From the IMG/VR virus record IMGVR_UViG_3300032257_000002, positions 1-64,000 of that record: a DNA stretch of 64,000 bases; one strand, written 5' to 3'. Source of the DNA: a virus (taxonomy: Duplodnaviria; Heunggongvirae; Uroviricota; Caudoviricetes). Shown here piece after piece: positions 30,542 through 38,979 of the stretch (positions within the stretch are counted from its first letter, which is position 1; the number at the start of each line of letters is the position of its first letter). Below the pieces are notes generated by a model, which searched no databases, was not told the DNA's origin, and was given only the letters and a program-made list of their open reading frames with translations. A program made the position numbers and the translations under genes.

Positions 30542-32101
30542 GTGGGTAAGTACATACCTAGTGAAGACGCGTTGAAATTTATCGCGTTTATTCGTGCTGC
30601 TGGGATCGAAGATAATGCTAACGCTGAAATTCACTACAAATTGGCGGATAAGTACTTCAGTACAGATAAACAGATTCTGATTGAAGCGTTTCGTGGTTCT
30701 GCAAAGAGTACTATGATGGAGTGGCTAGTTATCTACATAGCTGCTATGGGCCAACTACCAAATTTTGGTAAAGTGGAATTTATAGCTTTTATCGGTGATA
30801 GTATGGAAAACGGTACCAAAAACTTCTTCAGAAATATAGTTGGTAAAATAGATAGAAGTGAATTCCTAGGTCAACTGATCAAGATCAAACGAAAGACCGA
30901 TTCAGAGATGGAACTAGAGAATATCGATGGTATAGAGCTTAATATTAAAGGATATGGGGCAAGTACTAATATACGTGGGGTAAGGTATAAAGGTGTTCGT
31001 CCTGACATGGTAATCCTAGATGATATTACTACGAATGATGCTATGAGCTCTGAGGCTATTCAAAATACTATTAATAATAACTTCTATAAGTCGGTAATTC
31101 CTGCTCTGCATCCTACTAAGTACAAGATCTTTTTTATTGGTACTCCAATATCAGAGAAAGATTTACTTCACCAACTAAGTAGTAACCCGGAATGGGTTGT
31201 GCACAAGTTTCCGATCTGTGATAGATTTCCTTGTAGTGAGAATGATTTCGAAGGTAACTGGTCTGATAGATTTCCATATGAGGCTGTTGCTAGCAAGTAT
31301 AAGATGTTTGAAGCTGCTGGACAAGCTCAGTCTTTTTTTCAAGAGTATATGCTGGAAATTACCGACTTAACAACACTCCTAGTTATGGAAGATGATATAA
31401 AGTGGTTTGATCCAAGTGTAACTCGTAAGAATAAGTCTAACTATAATTTCTATATAGCGACTGACTTCGCAACTAGTGAGAAGAAAAGTGCTGACTTTAG
31501 TGTTATAGGTGTAATAGCTGTGAATAATAATAACGACTGGATGCTGGTAGACGGGCAGTGTAAACGACAGACAATGCAGGATAATATAGATGATATATTT
31601 AAGTATGTAAGGAAATGGAATCCGCTGAGTGTCGGTATAGAGAGTAGTGGACAGCAGGGTGGTTTCCTGAGTATTATAAATGAAGAAATGATGCGTAGGA
31701 ATACGTACTTTACACTAGCTAAGAAAGAAGGTAGTAGAGAGCCCGGGATTCGTCCAGTGAAGGATAAGGTCCATAGGTTTGTAACTGGTGTACAGCCGAA
31801 GTTTAACCAGAGAAAGATATGGCTACCTAAGCCAGGCATATGTGCGGCTACAAATCCGAAGCTGTTAGAACTAGTGGAAGAAACTATACATGAGCTGAGC
31901 CTGTTTACGTTGGCTGGTGGTGTAAAAGCCTTGAAGCATGATGATGCGATCGACATATGGAATCAATTCAGTGAGATGGAGAAGTATGTACCGACTGCAG
32001 AAGATCCTGGTAATTTCTTTGAAGAACATAACCCTAGCAGGGTGTGGGGAGATCTAGATGAAGATGACGGGTATTCAGGAAATGGAAGCACTGTTTTTTA
32101 A
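30542..32101 (+). CDS. terL: terminase large subunit (GTG start)
   Basis: Walker A EAFRGSAKST, Walker B-like MVILDD. C-terminal RNaseH-like nuclease region with IGIESSG and HDDAIDIW; 519 aa. Confidence 0.8.
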   Translation: MGKYIPSEDALKFIAFIRAAGIEDNANAEIHYKLADKYFSTDKQILIEAFRGSAKSTMMEWLVIYIAAMGQLPNFGKVEFIAFIGDSMENGTKNFFRNIVGKIDRSEFLGQLIKIKRKTDSEMELENIDGIELNIKGYGASTNIRGVRYKGVRPDMVILDDITTNDAMSSEAIQNTINNNFYKSVIPALHPTKYKIFFIGTPISEKDLLHQLSSNPEWVVHKFPICDRFPCSENDFEGNWSDRFPYEAVASKYKMFEAAGQAQSFFQEYMLEITDLTTLLVMEDDIKWFDPSVTRKNKSNYNFYIATDFATSEKKSADFSVIGVIAVNNNNDWMLVDGQCKRQTMQDNIDDIFKYVRKWNPLSVGIESSGQQGGFLSIINEEMMRRNTYFTLAKKEGSREPGIRPVKDKVHRFVTGVQPKFNQRKIWLPKPGICAATNPKLLELVEETIHELSLFTLAGGVKALKHDDAIDIWNQFSEMEKYVPTAEDPGNFFEEHNPSRVWGDLDEDDGYSGNGSTVF

Positions 32102-32105
32102 GTAC

Positions 32106-32133
32106 TGGTTAAGGTGAGATTTGGTATAATAGA
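32106..32133 (+). promoter_or_regulatory. late-promoter-like element GTTAAGG-N10-TGGTATAATAGA (extended -10)
   Basis: TGGTATAAT at 32122-32130, upstream of 32157. Confidence 0.4.
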
Positions 32134-32156
32134 CTAAAATTTCGCAGAGGACAACT

Positions 32157-32813
32157 ATGACTGCAAACGAAGTATTAACATTAGCTAAAGCTGGTGAACT
32201 ATTGCAGCTTAGTCCTGCAATAAAAGACAGTAACGATGTGCTGATAGGGTATTTAAACCTAGGTATGATCGAACTGTATAAGCGATTCATGCTTAGAACA
32301 GATGAAGCGATCATCACACTAGTAGACGGTAAGACCATCTATAAACTAGATGGAACTGATGCGGATGTCGCTATGGATGGCAGTATGTTGTATTTGATCG
32401 CTGCGTATGGTGATGGTACAGATATGAGTGACTATAGTACTGATGATGTGCGGTTGCCGATCAATGAAGAAGATAACTTGCTGAGTATTAATACAGTGAG
32501 CTACAATGAAGTACAAGTACCTCTAATTACACCAGGAGCTTTCATCAGTTTGATCTACGTAGTAAAGCCAGATAAAGTCACTGCGTTAACACTAGATGCA
32601 GAACTAGATATGCCGGATCAGTTCGTAGAACCTCTGCTGCATTACTTAGGATATAGAGCACACGGTTCTATGGACGGTAATATTCAGACTGAAAGTAATA
32701 CACACTACATGAGATTCGAAGCTAGTTGTAATAGGTTGAAAGAACTAGGGGTCGGGATAACTCCTGATGATATCAGTATGAGAAATAGACTATTTGATAA
32801 AGGCTTCGTATGA
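32157..32813 (+). CDS. virion structural protein (218 aa), unknown function
   Basis: ORF track; position between TerL and the fibre gene. Confidence 0.5.
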   Translation: MTANEVLTLAKAGELLQLSPAIKDSNDVLIGYLNLGMIELYKRFMLRTDEAIITLVDGKTIYKLDGTDADVAMDGSMLYLIAAYGDGTDMSDYSTDDVRLPINEEDNLLSINTVSYNEVQVPLITPGAFISLIYVVKPDKVTALTLDAELDMPDQFVEPLLHYLGYRAHGSMDGNIQTESNTHYMRFEASCNRLKELGVGITPDDISMRNRLFDKGFV

Positions 32814-35596
32814 AAAGATCTAGTTCACTCCATTCTATAGATCAGATGGTCGAAAGAAAGATTAGTAACACTAAATACCAGGATGTAGTCACAGTTAGCG
32901 AAAATATAGCAGATGTGACTAGTGTAGCTACTAGTATAGACGCAATTATAATTACGAATGCAAATGCCGCAGCTATTGTAACAGTAGCTACTAATATCGC
33001 AGATATTTTAACAGTAGCTGGGATAGAAGTAGAGATACAGTCGCTAGTAGCCGATAAAATAACACTAGATAGTCTATATGCAGATAAGGCTACCCTTGAC
33101 AGTATATTTGCGGATAAGGCAACATTGGATAGCCTGTTTGCAGATAAGATCATACTAGATAGTCTATATGCTGACAAAGCGGCACTAGATGCTGTGTATG
33201 CCGATATAGTTAAAGGTATCGGTACTAATCAACCAACAGACTCTGCTATCCTTAACGCACTTACTAATGCTAATATAGCGATTGACAACGCAGCCTTAAC
33301 TGCAGCAGATGTGGTAGTTACGAATGCTGATAGAGCGGCTGTTGAAAGTATATATGACCAATTTGATGATAGGTACCTTGGAAACAAGGCAGTAGCACCT
33401 ATCGTAGACAATGATGGTGATCCGTTGATTAGTGGTGCTTTGTATTGGGATACTGCGTTATTGCAATTGAGAGTGTATGACGGAGCTGCGTGGAGTAACT
33501 CTTTAACACTTACCGAGTCTTCTGTGTCTACGCTGACTAATAAGACTATCAATGATATATCAAATGAAGTAGCCGCTAACATTGTCCATCTAGAAGTACA
33601 AGCTGATGCTCAGACTATTAATCCTGGTGATATACTAGAAGCAACTAATATTGTTGGCGATGATATTATCAAAGTACAACGACATTCATCCTTAGGTAAT
33701 CCAGTAGTAGGTATAGCCATAGATACTATGAGCCCAGGTACTAACGGTAGAGCGATGCTTACAGGTGTGTATAATAACTATGATTCTATAGGATTAACTT
33801 TACGTACTATCCTATATGGCGATGGGACTGGTGGACTAACAACGACTCCTACTATTGTAGATGGTAATTATAATCAACCTATAGCCTATGTACAAAAGAT
33901 AAATGGTGCTAATGCTGACCTAATTGTGAATATTCACTCAGCACATGAGAGCGCTAGTCTAATTAGTAGTAATCCTGCAGGAAATACTTATGCTGTAGGT
34001 AATGATCTGCAGACCGTAATCGGTCAGGTAGACACTCAACTAGTGGATCTAGAAGCGACTAAGGCCGAGTTAGGCGGAAGTGTTACACAAGAATTCTTGG
34101 TGAGCACGACACCAGTATCTACAAATGCTGCTACGTCAAAAGCATATGTAGATGCGCAATTCGTAGCTGGTGATTCTAATGTTAGTCTTACTGGGACTTT
34201 CGAATTCCTTATCGGAGCTGCTCAAGTATTTCCATTAGACTGCGGTGCACCTAGCTCATACATACCGTCAAGCACTACGTGTATTGTAAATGGTATAGCC
34301 TTAGGTGAAGCGGACTACACTGCTTCTGATGGACAGTTCATATCGTTTACAGGAACTAATCCTATAGAGGGCGATCTTGTTAAACTTGTCGCATATGGTG
34401 GGGCGGATGTGTATACTAAGACTCAATCAGATGCTAGGTATGCAGATATTGCCGTAGAAGCTGAAGCTGCTGCCAATACTACTAAGTTACTAGGGATAGA
34501 GGCTGGAGCAACAGCTGATCAAATAGCGAGTGAAGTTCCATTTACTCCTGTGGGTGATATTGCGGCTACTGATGTACAGAGCGCATTGGCTGAAATAGAT
34601 ACTGAAAAAGCTCCACTAGCTTCTCCAGCTTTAACAGGTACACCTACAATCAATGGTGTAAACGTATCGGGGTACACTAGTTTTAAAAACAAGCTTATTA
34701 ATGGTGGGTTTGATGTATGGCAGAGGGGTAATAGTTTCACAGGTACATCAGTATATACTACTGATAGATGGTTCTTGAATCAAGGTGGTGAAACATCTGC
34801 TGTTACTAAAACTCCTGGGGCAACTAATTCGCTATGGGAAGGTGCTACATTAACTACATTCAATGCTACTGCTGGCTCTTTAGCTAATACAGGGAGGTCA
34901 ATTCAACAACGAATTGAGAATGTCAACCTTTTTAAGAATAAAGATGTTACATTATCTTTAACTGATAATGGTCCTGTAGGTCAAGATATTTATTGTGTAG
35001 TAAGGCAGATAGATGACCTTGGTGTTACATTGTGGGTTGATACAGTTAAGAAGGTTTCTACTGGGGACGGGACAATAAAAAGAAGTTCTCTAACAATCAC
35101 ATTGCCAGATATTGCAGCTAAATATGATGAAGTAAGCTCCAGATTTGATGTCATCATATACCCACAATATACAGATGGGAATTCTATATCAATATCCAAT
35201 ATACAACTAGAAGAAGGCTCAGTAGCTACAGCATTCGAGCAAAGACCTATTGGGTTAGAGTTGAGTTTGTGTCAGAGGTACTATCAGTCTACCGTATACG
35301 GTGGTAATTTTAATCAGATTGGAGGAAGTCAAGAATTCTTTAATGTTACTAGTCGGTCTCACACTTCAACTCTAGGAATTACATTTAGTTTTCATCAACC
35401 AATGAGAAATAATCCTACTATCACGCCTTATTCTACTGTTGGAACAGCAGGGGCTATGACTTCTAATGGTGCAGATTTTGTAATATTTGGCCCTAGTTCC
35501 TCAATATATTCGTTTACCCCTACTAACCAATCAGGAGCCAGTCTTCCAGTAGACTCCCAAAACAGGGTTCATTGGGTAGCAGATGCTGAACTATAA
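32810..35596 (+). CDS. tail fibre / appendage protein (928 aa) with an N-terminal tandem 9-aa repeat region
   Basis: Six tandem ADKxTLDS[LI][FY] repeats. Long Thr/Gly/Asn-rich beta-rich body typical of fibres. Confidence 0.6.
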   Translation: MKRSSSLHSIDQMVERKISNTKYQDVVTVSENIADVTSVATSIDAIIITNANAAAIVTVATNIADILTVAGIEVEIQSLVADKITLDSLYADKATLDSIFADKATLDSLFADKIILDSLYADKAALDAVYADIVKGIGTNQPTDSAILNALTNANIAIDNAALTAADVVVTNADRAAVESIYDQFDDRYLGNKAVAPIVDNDGDPLISGALYWDTALLQLRVYDGAAWSNSLTLTESSVSTLTNKTINDISNEVAANIVHLEVQADAQTINPGDILEATNIVGDDIIKVQRHSSLGNPVVGIAIDTMSPGTNGRAMLTGVYNNYDSIGLTLRTILYGDGTGGLTTTPTIVDGNYNQPIAYVQKINGANADLIVNIHSAHESASLISSNPAGNTYAVGNDLQTVIGQVDTQLVDLEATKAELGGSVTQEFLVSTTPVSTNAATSKAYVDAQFVAGDSNVSLTGTFEFLIGAAQVFPLDCGAPSSYIPSSTTCIVNGIALGEADYTASDGQFISFTGTNPIEGDLVKLVAYGGADVYTKTQSDARYADIAVEAEAAANTTKLLGIEAGATADQIASEVPFTPVGDIAATDVQSALAEIDTEKAPLASPALTGTPTINGVNVSGYTSFKNKLINGGFDVWQRGNSFTGTSVYTTDRWFLNQGGETSAVTKTPGATNSLWEGATLTTFNATAGSLANTGRSIQQRIENVNLFKNKDVTLSLTDNGPVGQDIYCVVRQIDDLGVTLWVDTVKKVSTGDGTIKRSSLTITLPDIAAKYDEVSSRFDVIIYPQYTDGNSISISNIQLEEGSVATAFEQRPIGLELSLCQRYYQSTVYGGNFNQIGGSQEFFNVTSRSHTSTLGITFSFHQPMRNNPTITPYSTVGTAGAMTSNGADFVIFGPSSSIYSFTPTNQSGASLPVDSQNRVHWVADAEL
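33046..33207 (+). repeat. six tandem 27-bp repeats encoding ADKxTLDS[LI][FY] in the fibre gene
   Basis: Seen in sequence and in the translation. Confidence 0.6.
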
Positions 35597-35607
35597 AAGG
35601 ATAAACA

Positions 35608-36093
35608 ATGATTGAAACAGTAAAGATACAAGGTGATGGATACTTAGTAAATGGAACAATGTCAGTTCCTAATACAGAAGGTAATAGACACTATCAAGAA
35701 GTCTTAGCGTGGCTATCCGAAGGTAACATACCTGAGCCTGAGTTTACAGATGCAGAGCTATTAACAAATGCTAAGAGACAGAAAAAAGAAGAGCTAGACA
35801 CAGCTTTCCAAGTAGCTTCAAAACTACCAGTTACAGTAGGAACTAAAACCTATAATGGTGGTAAAGATTCAGCACAGGCACTCAGAGACTACATACAGTT
35901 GGTTCAAGAGTCAGGTGGTACTGAGTATCAGATATGGGATACAACCAATGTAATAAGTCTTTATACTCTTACAGAGGCTAATGCTATTAAGCTTGCAGTA
36001 GGTGCAGCAGTTGCACAGGAAGAGTTTATACTTAGAAATAAGAAGAACTTAGTTGATAGTGCCTTAACAGTTGCAGAAGTAGAGGCAATCTAA
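35608..36093 (+). CDS. hypothetical protein (161 aa), possibly fibre-associated
   Basis: ORF track. Confidence 0.5.
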   Translation: MIETVKIQGDGYLVNGTMSVPNTEGNRHYQEVLAWLSEGNIPEPEFTDAELLTNAKRQKKEELDTAFQVASKLPVTVGTKTYNGGKDSAQALRDYIQLVQESGGTEYQIWDTTNVISLYTLTEANAIKLAVGAAVAQEEFILRNKKNLVDSALTVAEVEAI

Positions 36094-36332
36094 TGGAAAA
36101 GAAAGATCGGTGTACATGGTTCTTTGAAAGGTTCCCTACTTGGGATACTTGGCATAAATTTAAAGTAGTGGATATATCACCATGCTGCAAGACCCATGAT
36201 GATACATGCAGCTTTCATAAGTTCGTTAAGTGTCTATGGAATAAGCGAGTGGTAGGTACTATTATAATCGCTATAGGTGGAGGAATTGGGTGTATGTTTA
36301 AGTACCCTAGTGATTGGTTTAGGAGGCTATGA
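36093..36332 (+). CDS. small Cys/Trp-rich protein with C-terminal hydrophobic segment
   Basis: ORF track; TAATG overlap. Confidence 0.45.
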   Translation: MEKKDRCTWFFERFPTWDTWHKFKVVDISPCCKTHDDTCSFHKFVKCLWNKRVVGTIIIAIGGGIGCMFKYPSDWFRRL

Positions 36333-37009
36333 TGCGTAAGTATATAAAGTATGTAGGAATATTGCTATGGACATTGTTCCGCAAGTATTTTGGGCTGATA
36401 TGGTTTTGGGTAGCGCTACCGTTTAGAAAGTACGCAAGAAGTGTAGTATATAACTATGTGCTGCAAAATAGTGTCTATCTAAAAAGACTACTGGAAAGAC
36501 CTATAATACCTATAATGGGTGGTGGATGGGTTATACGTCCGTATCACGGCTCAGAAGGTGGCTATGTAGAGTATCGTAAAGTTAGCTGGCTAGAGTATAA
36601 ACTAGTGTACTGGGTGATATGGGGCTGGCTAGATGATGATAGTAATCAGGATACATATGCCAAAGGGTACAACAAGACGTTGTTCAGTGGCGAAAGAATG
36701 AAGTGGTTACCTAGTTTTATTACAAAGCGACTAGAAGCGGAGTATGATAAAGATGTAGTATTCGGCAATAGTTTTGACCTAGGTGATCGTAGGGGTGAGA
36801 ATGCTGCGTTTGAATTCTGGTCTAGCTATTTGTGGACTATAAGAAATACTGCGTATAACTTCAAATACATGCAGTGGGAAACAGATAATGTAGACGATGT
36901 GTTCCTAATCGAGAAATTCGGCGTGAAATTCGGATGGGAGAAAGATACAGGACATACCGGCGTTATCAACGGTAGGCAGAACTACAGATTAGTCTTTACT
37001 AAGGCTTAA
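36329..37009 (+). CDS. hypothetical Trp/Tyr-rich protein (226 aa) with N-terminal hydrophobic segment
   Basis: ORF track. Confidence 0.5.
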   Translation: MMRKYIKYVGILLWTLFRKYFGLIWFWVALPFRKYARSVVYNYVLQNSVYLKRLLERPIIPIMGGGWVIRPYHGSEGGYVEYRKVSWLEYKLVYWVIWGWLDDDSNQDTYAKGYNKTLFSGERMKWLPSFITKRLEAEYDKDVVFGNSFDLGDRRGENAAFEFWSSYLWTIRNTAYNFKYMQWETDNVDDVFLIEKFGVKFGWEKDTGHTGVINGRQNYRLVFTKA

Positions 37010-37065
37010 ACTAATATAAAGTTTAAGTCTAGTATAATGTGTGGATAATAACTAGTAGGTGAATA

Positions 37066-37617
37066 ATGGAATACATAGATAATGCACTGCATGTACATAA
37101 ACAAGCGATCCGCGCAGATATTGAAGGGCTAGTTGTAGCTCTAGAAGATGTAACACATAGGGTAAATGAACTAGAGGCGGCTCATGGAGAGATCCAGTCA
37201 AAATTAGAAAGTGCAGAGTATCAAAGAAAACAATCAGCAGAGAATGTATCTAAAGCTTTGCAAGAAGTCAACTTTAAAATTGATGGTATTCAGCTGTGGG
37301 CATCCACACATGATGAAAAAGAAATGGAAAAGTATAATACAATATCTCTTGCAATAAATGAGCTAAAAAAAGCTATTGAGAAAAGTACTAAGTCCATAGA
37401 TGTGCTAGAACAAGCAAGGATTATCGAAGGCAGAGTGCAAGAAGAACTAGATAAGATACAGGCGCCTAGCCGTAAGACAAAAGAGACTATCAAACTGGCA
37501 ATAATCTCTGTACTTACAGTAACGTTTCTAGGATGGGCTATCAGTGGAACGGTGCTTATATATGATCTATCAAAAATCATAGGGGAGAATAAGAAGTATG
37601 AAAAACTGGAAAAGTAA
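37066..37617 (+). CDS. coiled-coil protein with C-terminal TM anchor (183 aa)
   Basis: ORF track; LAIISVLTVTFLGWAISGTVLIY at the C-terminus. Confidence 0.45.
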   Translation: MEYIDNALHVHKQAIRADIEGLVVALEDVTHRVNELEAAHGEIQSKLESAEYQRKQSAENVSKALQEVNFKIDGIQLWASTHDEKEMEKYNTISLAINELKKAIEKSTKSIDVLEQARIIEGRVQEELDKIQAPSRKTKETIKLAIISVLTVTFLGWAISGTVLIYDLSKIIGENKKYEKLEK

Positions 37618-37798
37618 TCTAGGGTTCCTAGTTTTTATAGTAGCGTATGGATGGGCTGTGTATACTATAGCACCTGTCGGTGTAGTAAGTGTAACTGGAT
37701 ATATAGCACTATTCGGTATGTTGGCAATGATGTTAAGATCTCATATCACAACAGAATTGCTAGGTAAATTGATAGATAAACTGGACTTCAGGAAATAA
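37598..37798 (+). CDS. putative holin (66 aa, two TM segments)
   Basis: LGFLVFIVAYGWAVYTIAPVGVVSVTGYIALFGMLAMML; position in the lysis cluster. Confidence 0.45.
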   Translation: MKNWKSNLGFLVFIVAYGWAVYTIAPVGVVSVTGYIALFGMLAMMLRSHITTELLGKLIDKLDFRK

Positions 37799-37799
37799 C

Positions 37800-38177
37800 A
37801 TGTTTCGATATACCTCAGGTGCATTAGCACTACTACTAGTAGTCACTACAATCTACTATGAATTTAAGACTAGTGGCTACGAAGTAGATATAAAGACATT
37901 AGAAGGCGACATCTCTGTAATCAGTATGAAATCTAGTGAGAATAGAAACAACTACACGAAGTGTAAAAGAGAACTGAAACTATCCAATGCGAGAGTAGAC
38001 TCGCTAGAAGGAGATGTAGTGAAGGTGACTGACGAGCTTGAAGTCTGGCGTAATAAACCAGCTGTGATCAAGTACAAGTACAGACTACCAGAAGACATAA
38101 ATATGACAAGAGGAGACTGTAATGAAACAAAACGTTTACTTGATGCTATCCGCACTATTGATCTCAATACTATTTGA
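37800..38177 (+). CDS. putative i-spanin-like protein (N-terminal TM + coiled coil)
   Basis: ALALLLVVTTIYY TM segment, then a helical charged region. The next gene overlaps it in another frame. Confidence 0.4.
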   Translation: MFRYTSGALALLLVVTTIYYEFKTSGYEVDIKTLEGDISVISMKSSENRNNYTKCKRELKLSNARVDSLEGDVVKVTDELEVWRNKPAVIKYKYRLPEDINMTRGDCNETKRLLDAIRTIDLNTI

Positions 38178-38412
38178 CGGGTGTGGCCCAAAGATAGAAG
38201 AATTTGAAGCGTACTGTGTGAAGCATCCTGTGTATGAATTCCAAACACAAGAAGTAAAAGTACCAGTAATGTGTAAAATATCAAATGTGCAATGTCGTCA
38301 ATCAGGGGCTGGATTAGATCCGATCAGTGCTATGCTGGAGTGTATCAGTGAGCATAACGAGAATCTCCGCATTCATAATAAGTACGCAAAGGACTGTAAT
38401 GGTATTCGATAA
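38122..38412 (+). CDS. putative o-spanin-like secreted/lipoprotein overlapping the previous gene out of frame
   Basis: MKQNVYLMLSALLISILFDGC signal-peptide/lipobox-like N-terminus (non-canonical). Overlap architecture reminiscent of Rz/Rz1. Confidence 0.3.
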   Translation: MKQNVYLMLSALLISILFDGCGPKIEEFEAYCVKHPVYEFQTQEVKVPVMCKISNVQCRQSGAGLDPISAMLECISEHNENLRIHNKYAKDCNGIR

Positions 38413-38914
38413 AGTATTCGAGTTTGTAATGGAGCTAGAAGGCGGATACAAATTACACACTAATCCTACTGAAGAAACAGATACATATGCCGGAATATAT
38501 CGTGCAGCACATCCAAGTTGGACAGGTTGGACGTTTATTGATGAAGGTGAAATACCTGATACGAGTCTAGTGAAAGACTTCTACAGAGAAATGTTCTGGG
38601 ATAAGATACCACTAGAAGATGGGCTGGAAAAAGCTATGGTCTTTGAGTACGGAGTGAACGCTGGACTATCTACAGGTGTAAAAACACTACAATCTGCTGC
38701 TGGTGTAACTCCGGACGGTGATATAGGACCTATATCAAAAGAAGCTGTCGCTAACAAGCCGCTGGCTTGTCTGCTATCTGAGTTCAGTCTATTGAGAGTC
38801 GCAAAGTATGTGAGCTTAGCTAACAAGAACCCGAATAAGTACGGTGTCTACCTAAGAGGCTGGATGAATAGAGTACTGACGGCTAGTGAGTGGTTCAAAA
38901 ATGAGTTTGTATAA
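38399..38914 (+). CDS. endolysin, GH108 N-acetylmuramidase with PG-binding-like C-terminus (start at internal ATG 38399)
   Basis: MELEGGYKLHTNPTEETDTYAGI matches the GH108 EGGY...DxGGxT.xGI signature. TPDGDIGPISKEA resembles the PG_binding_3 motif. Confidence 0.7.
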   Translation: MVFDKVFEFVMELEGGYKLHTNPTEETDTYAGIYRAAHPSWTGWTFIDEGEIPDTSLVKDFYREMFWDKIPLEDGLEKAMVFEYGVNAGLSTGVKTLQSAAGVTPDGDIGPISKEAVANKPLACLLSEFSLLRVAKYVSLANKNPNKYGVYLRGWMNRVLTASEWFKNEFV

Positions 38915-38979
38915 GATTAGATTAAGTGGTTATTGGGTAAAATAAGGCAATGAAGTACACGATAAAGTTGGGACTATAA

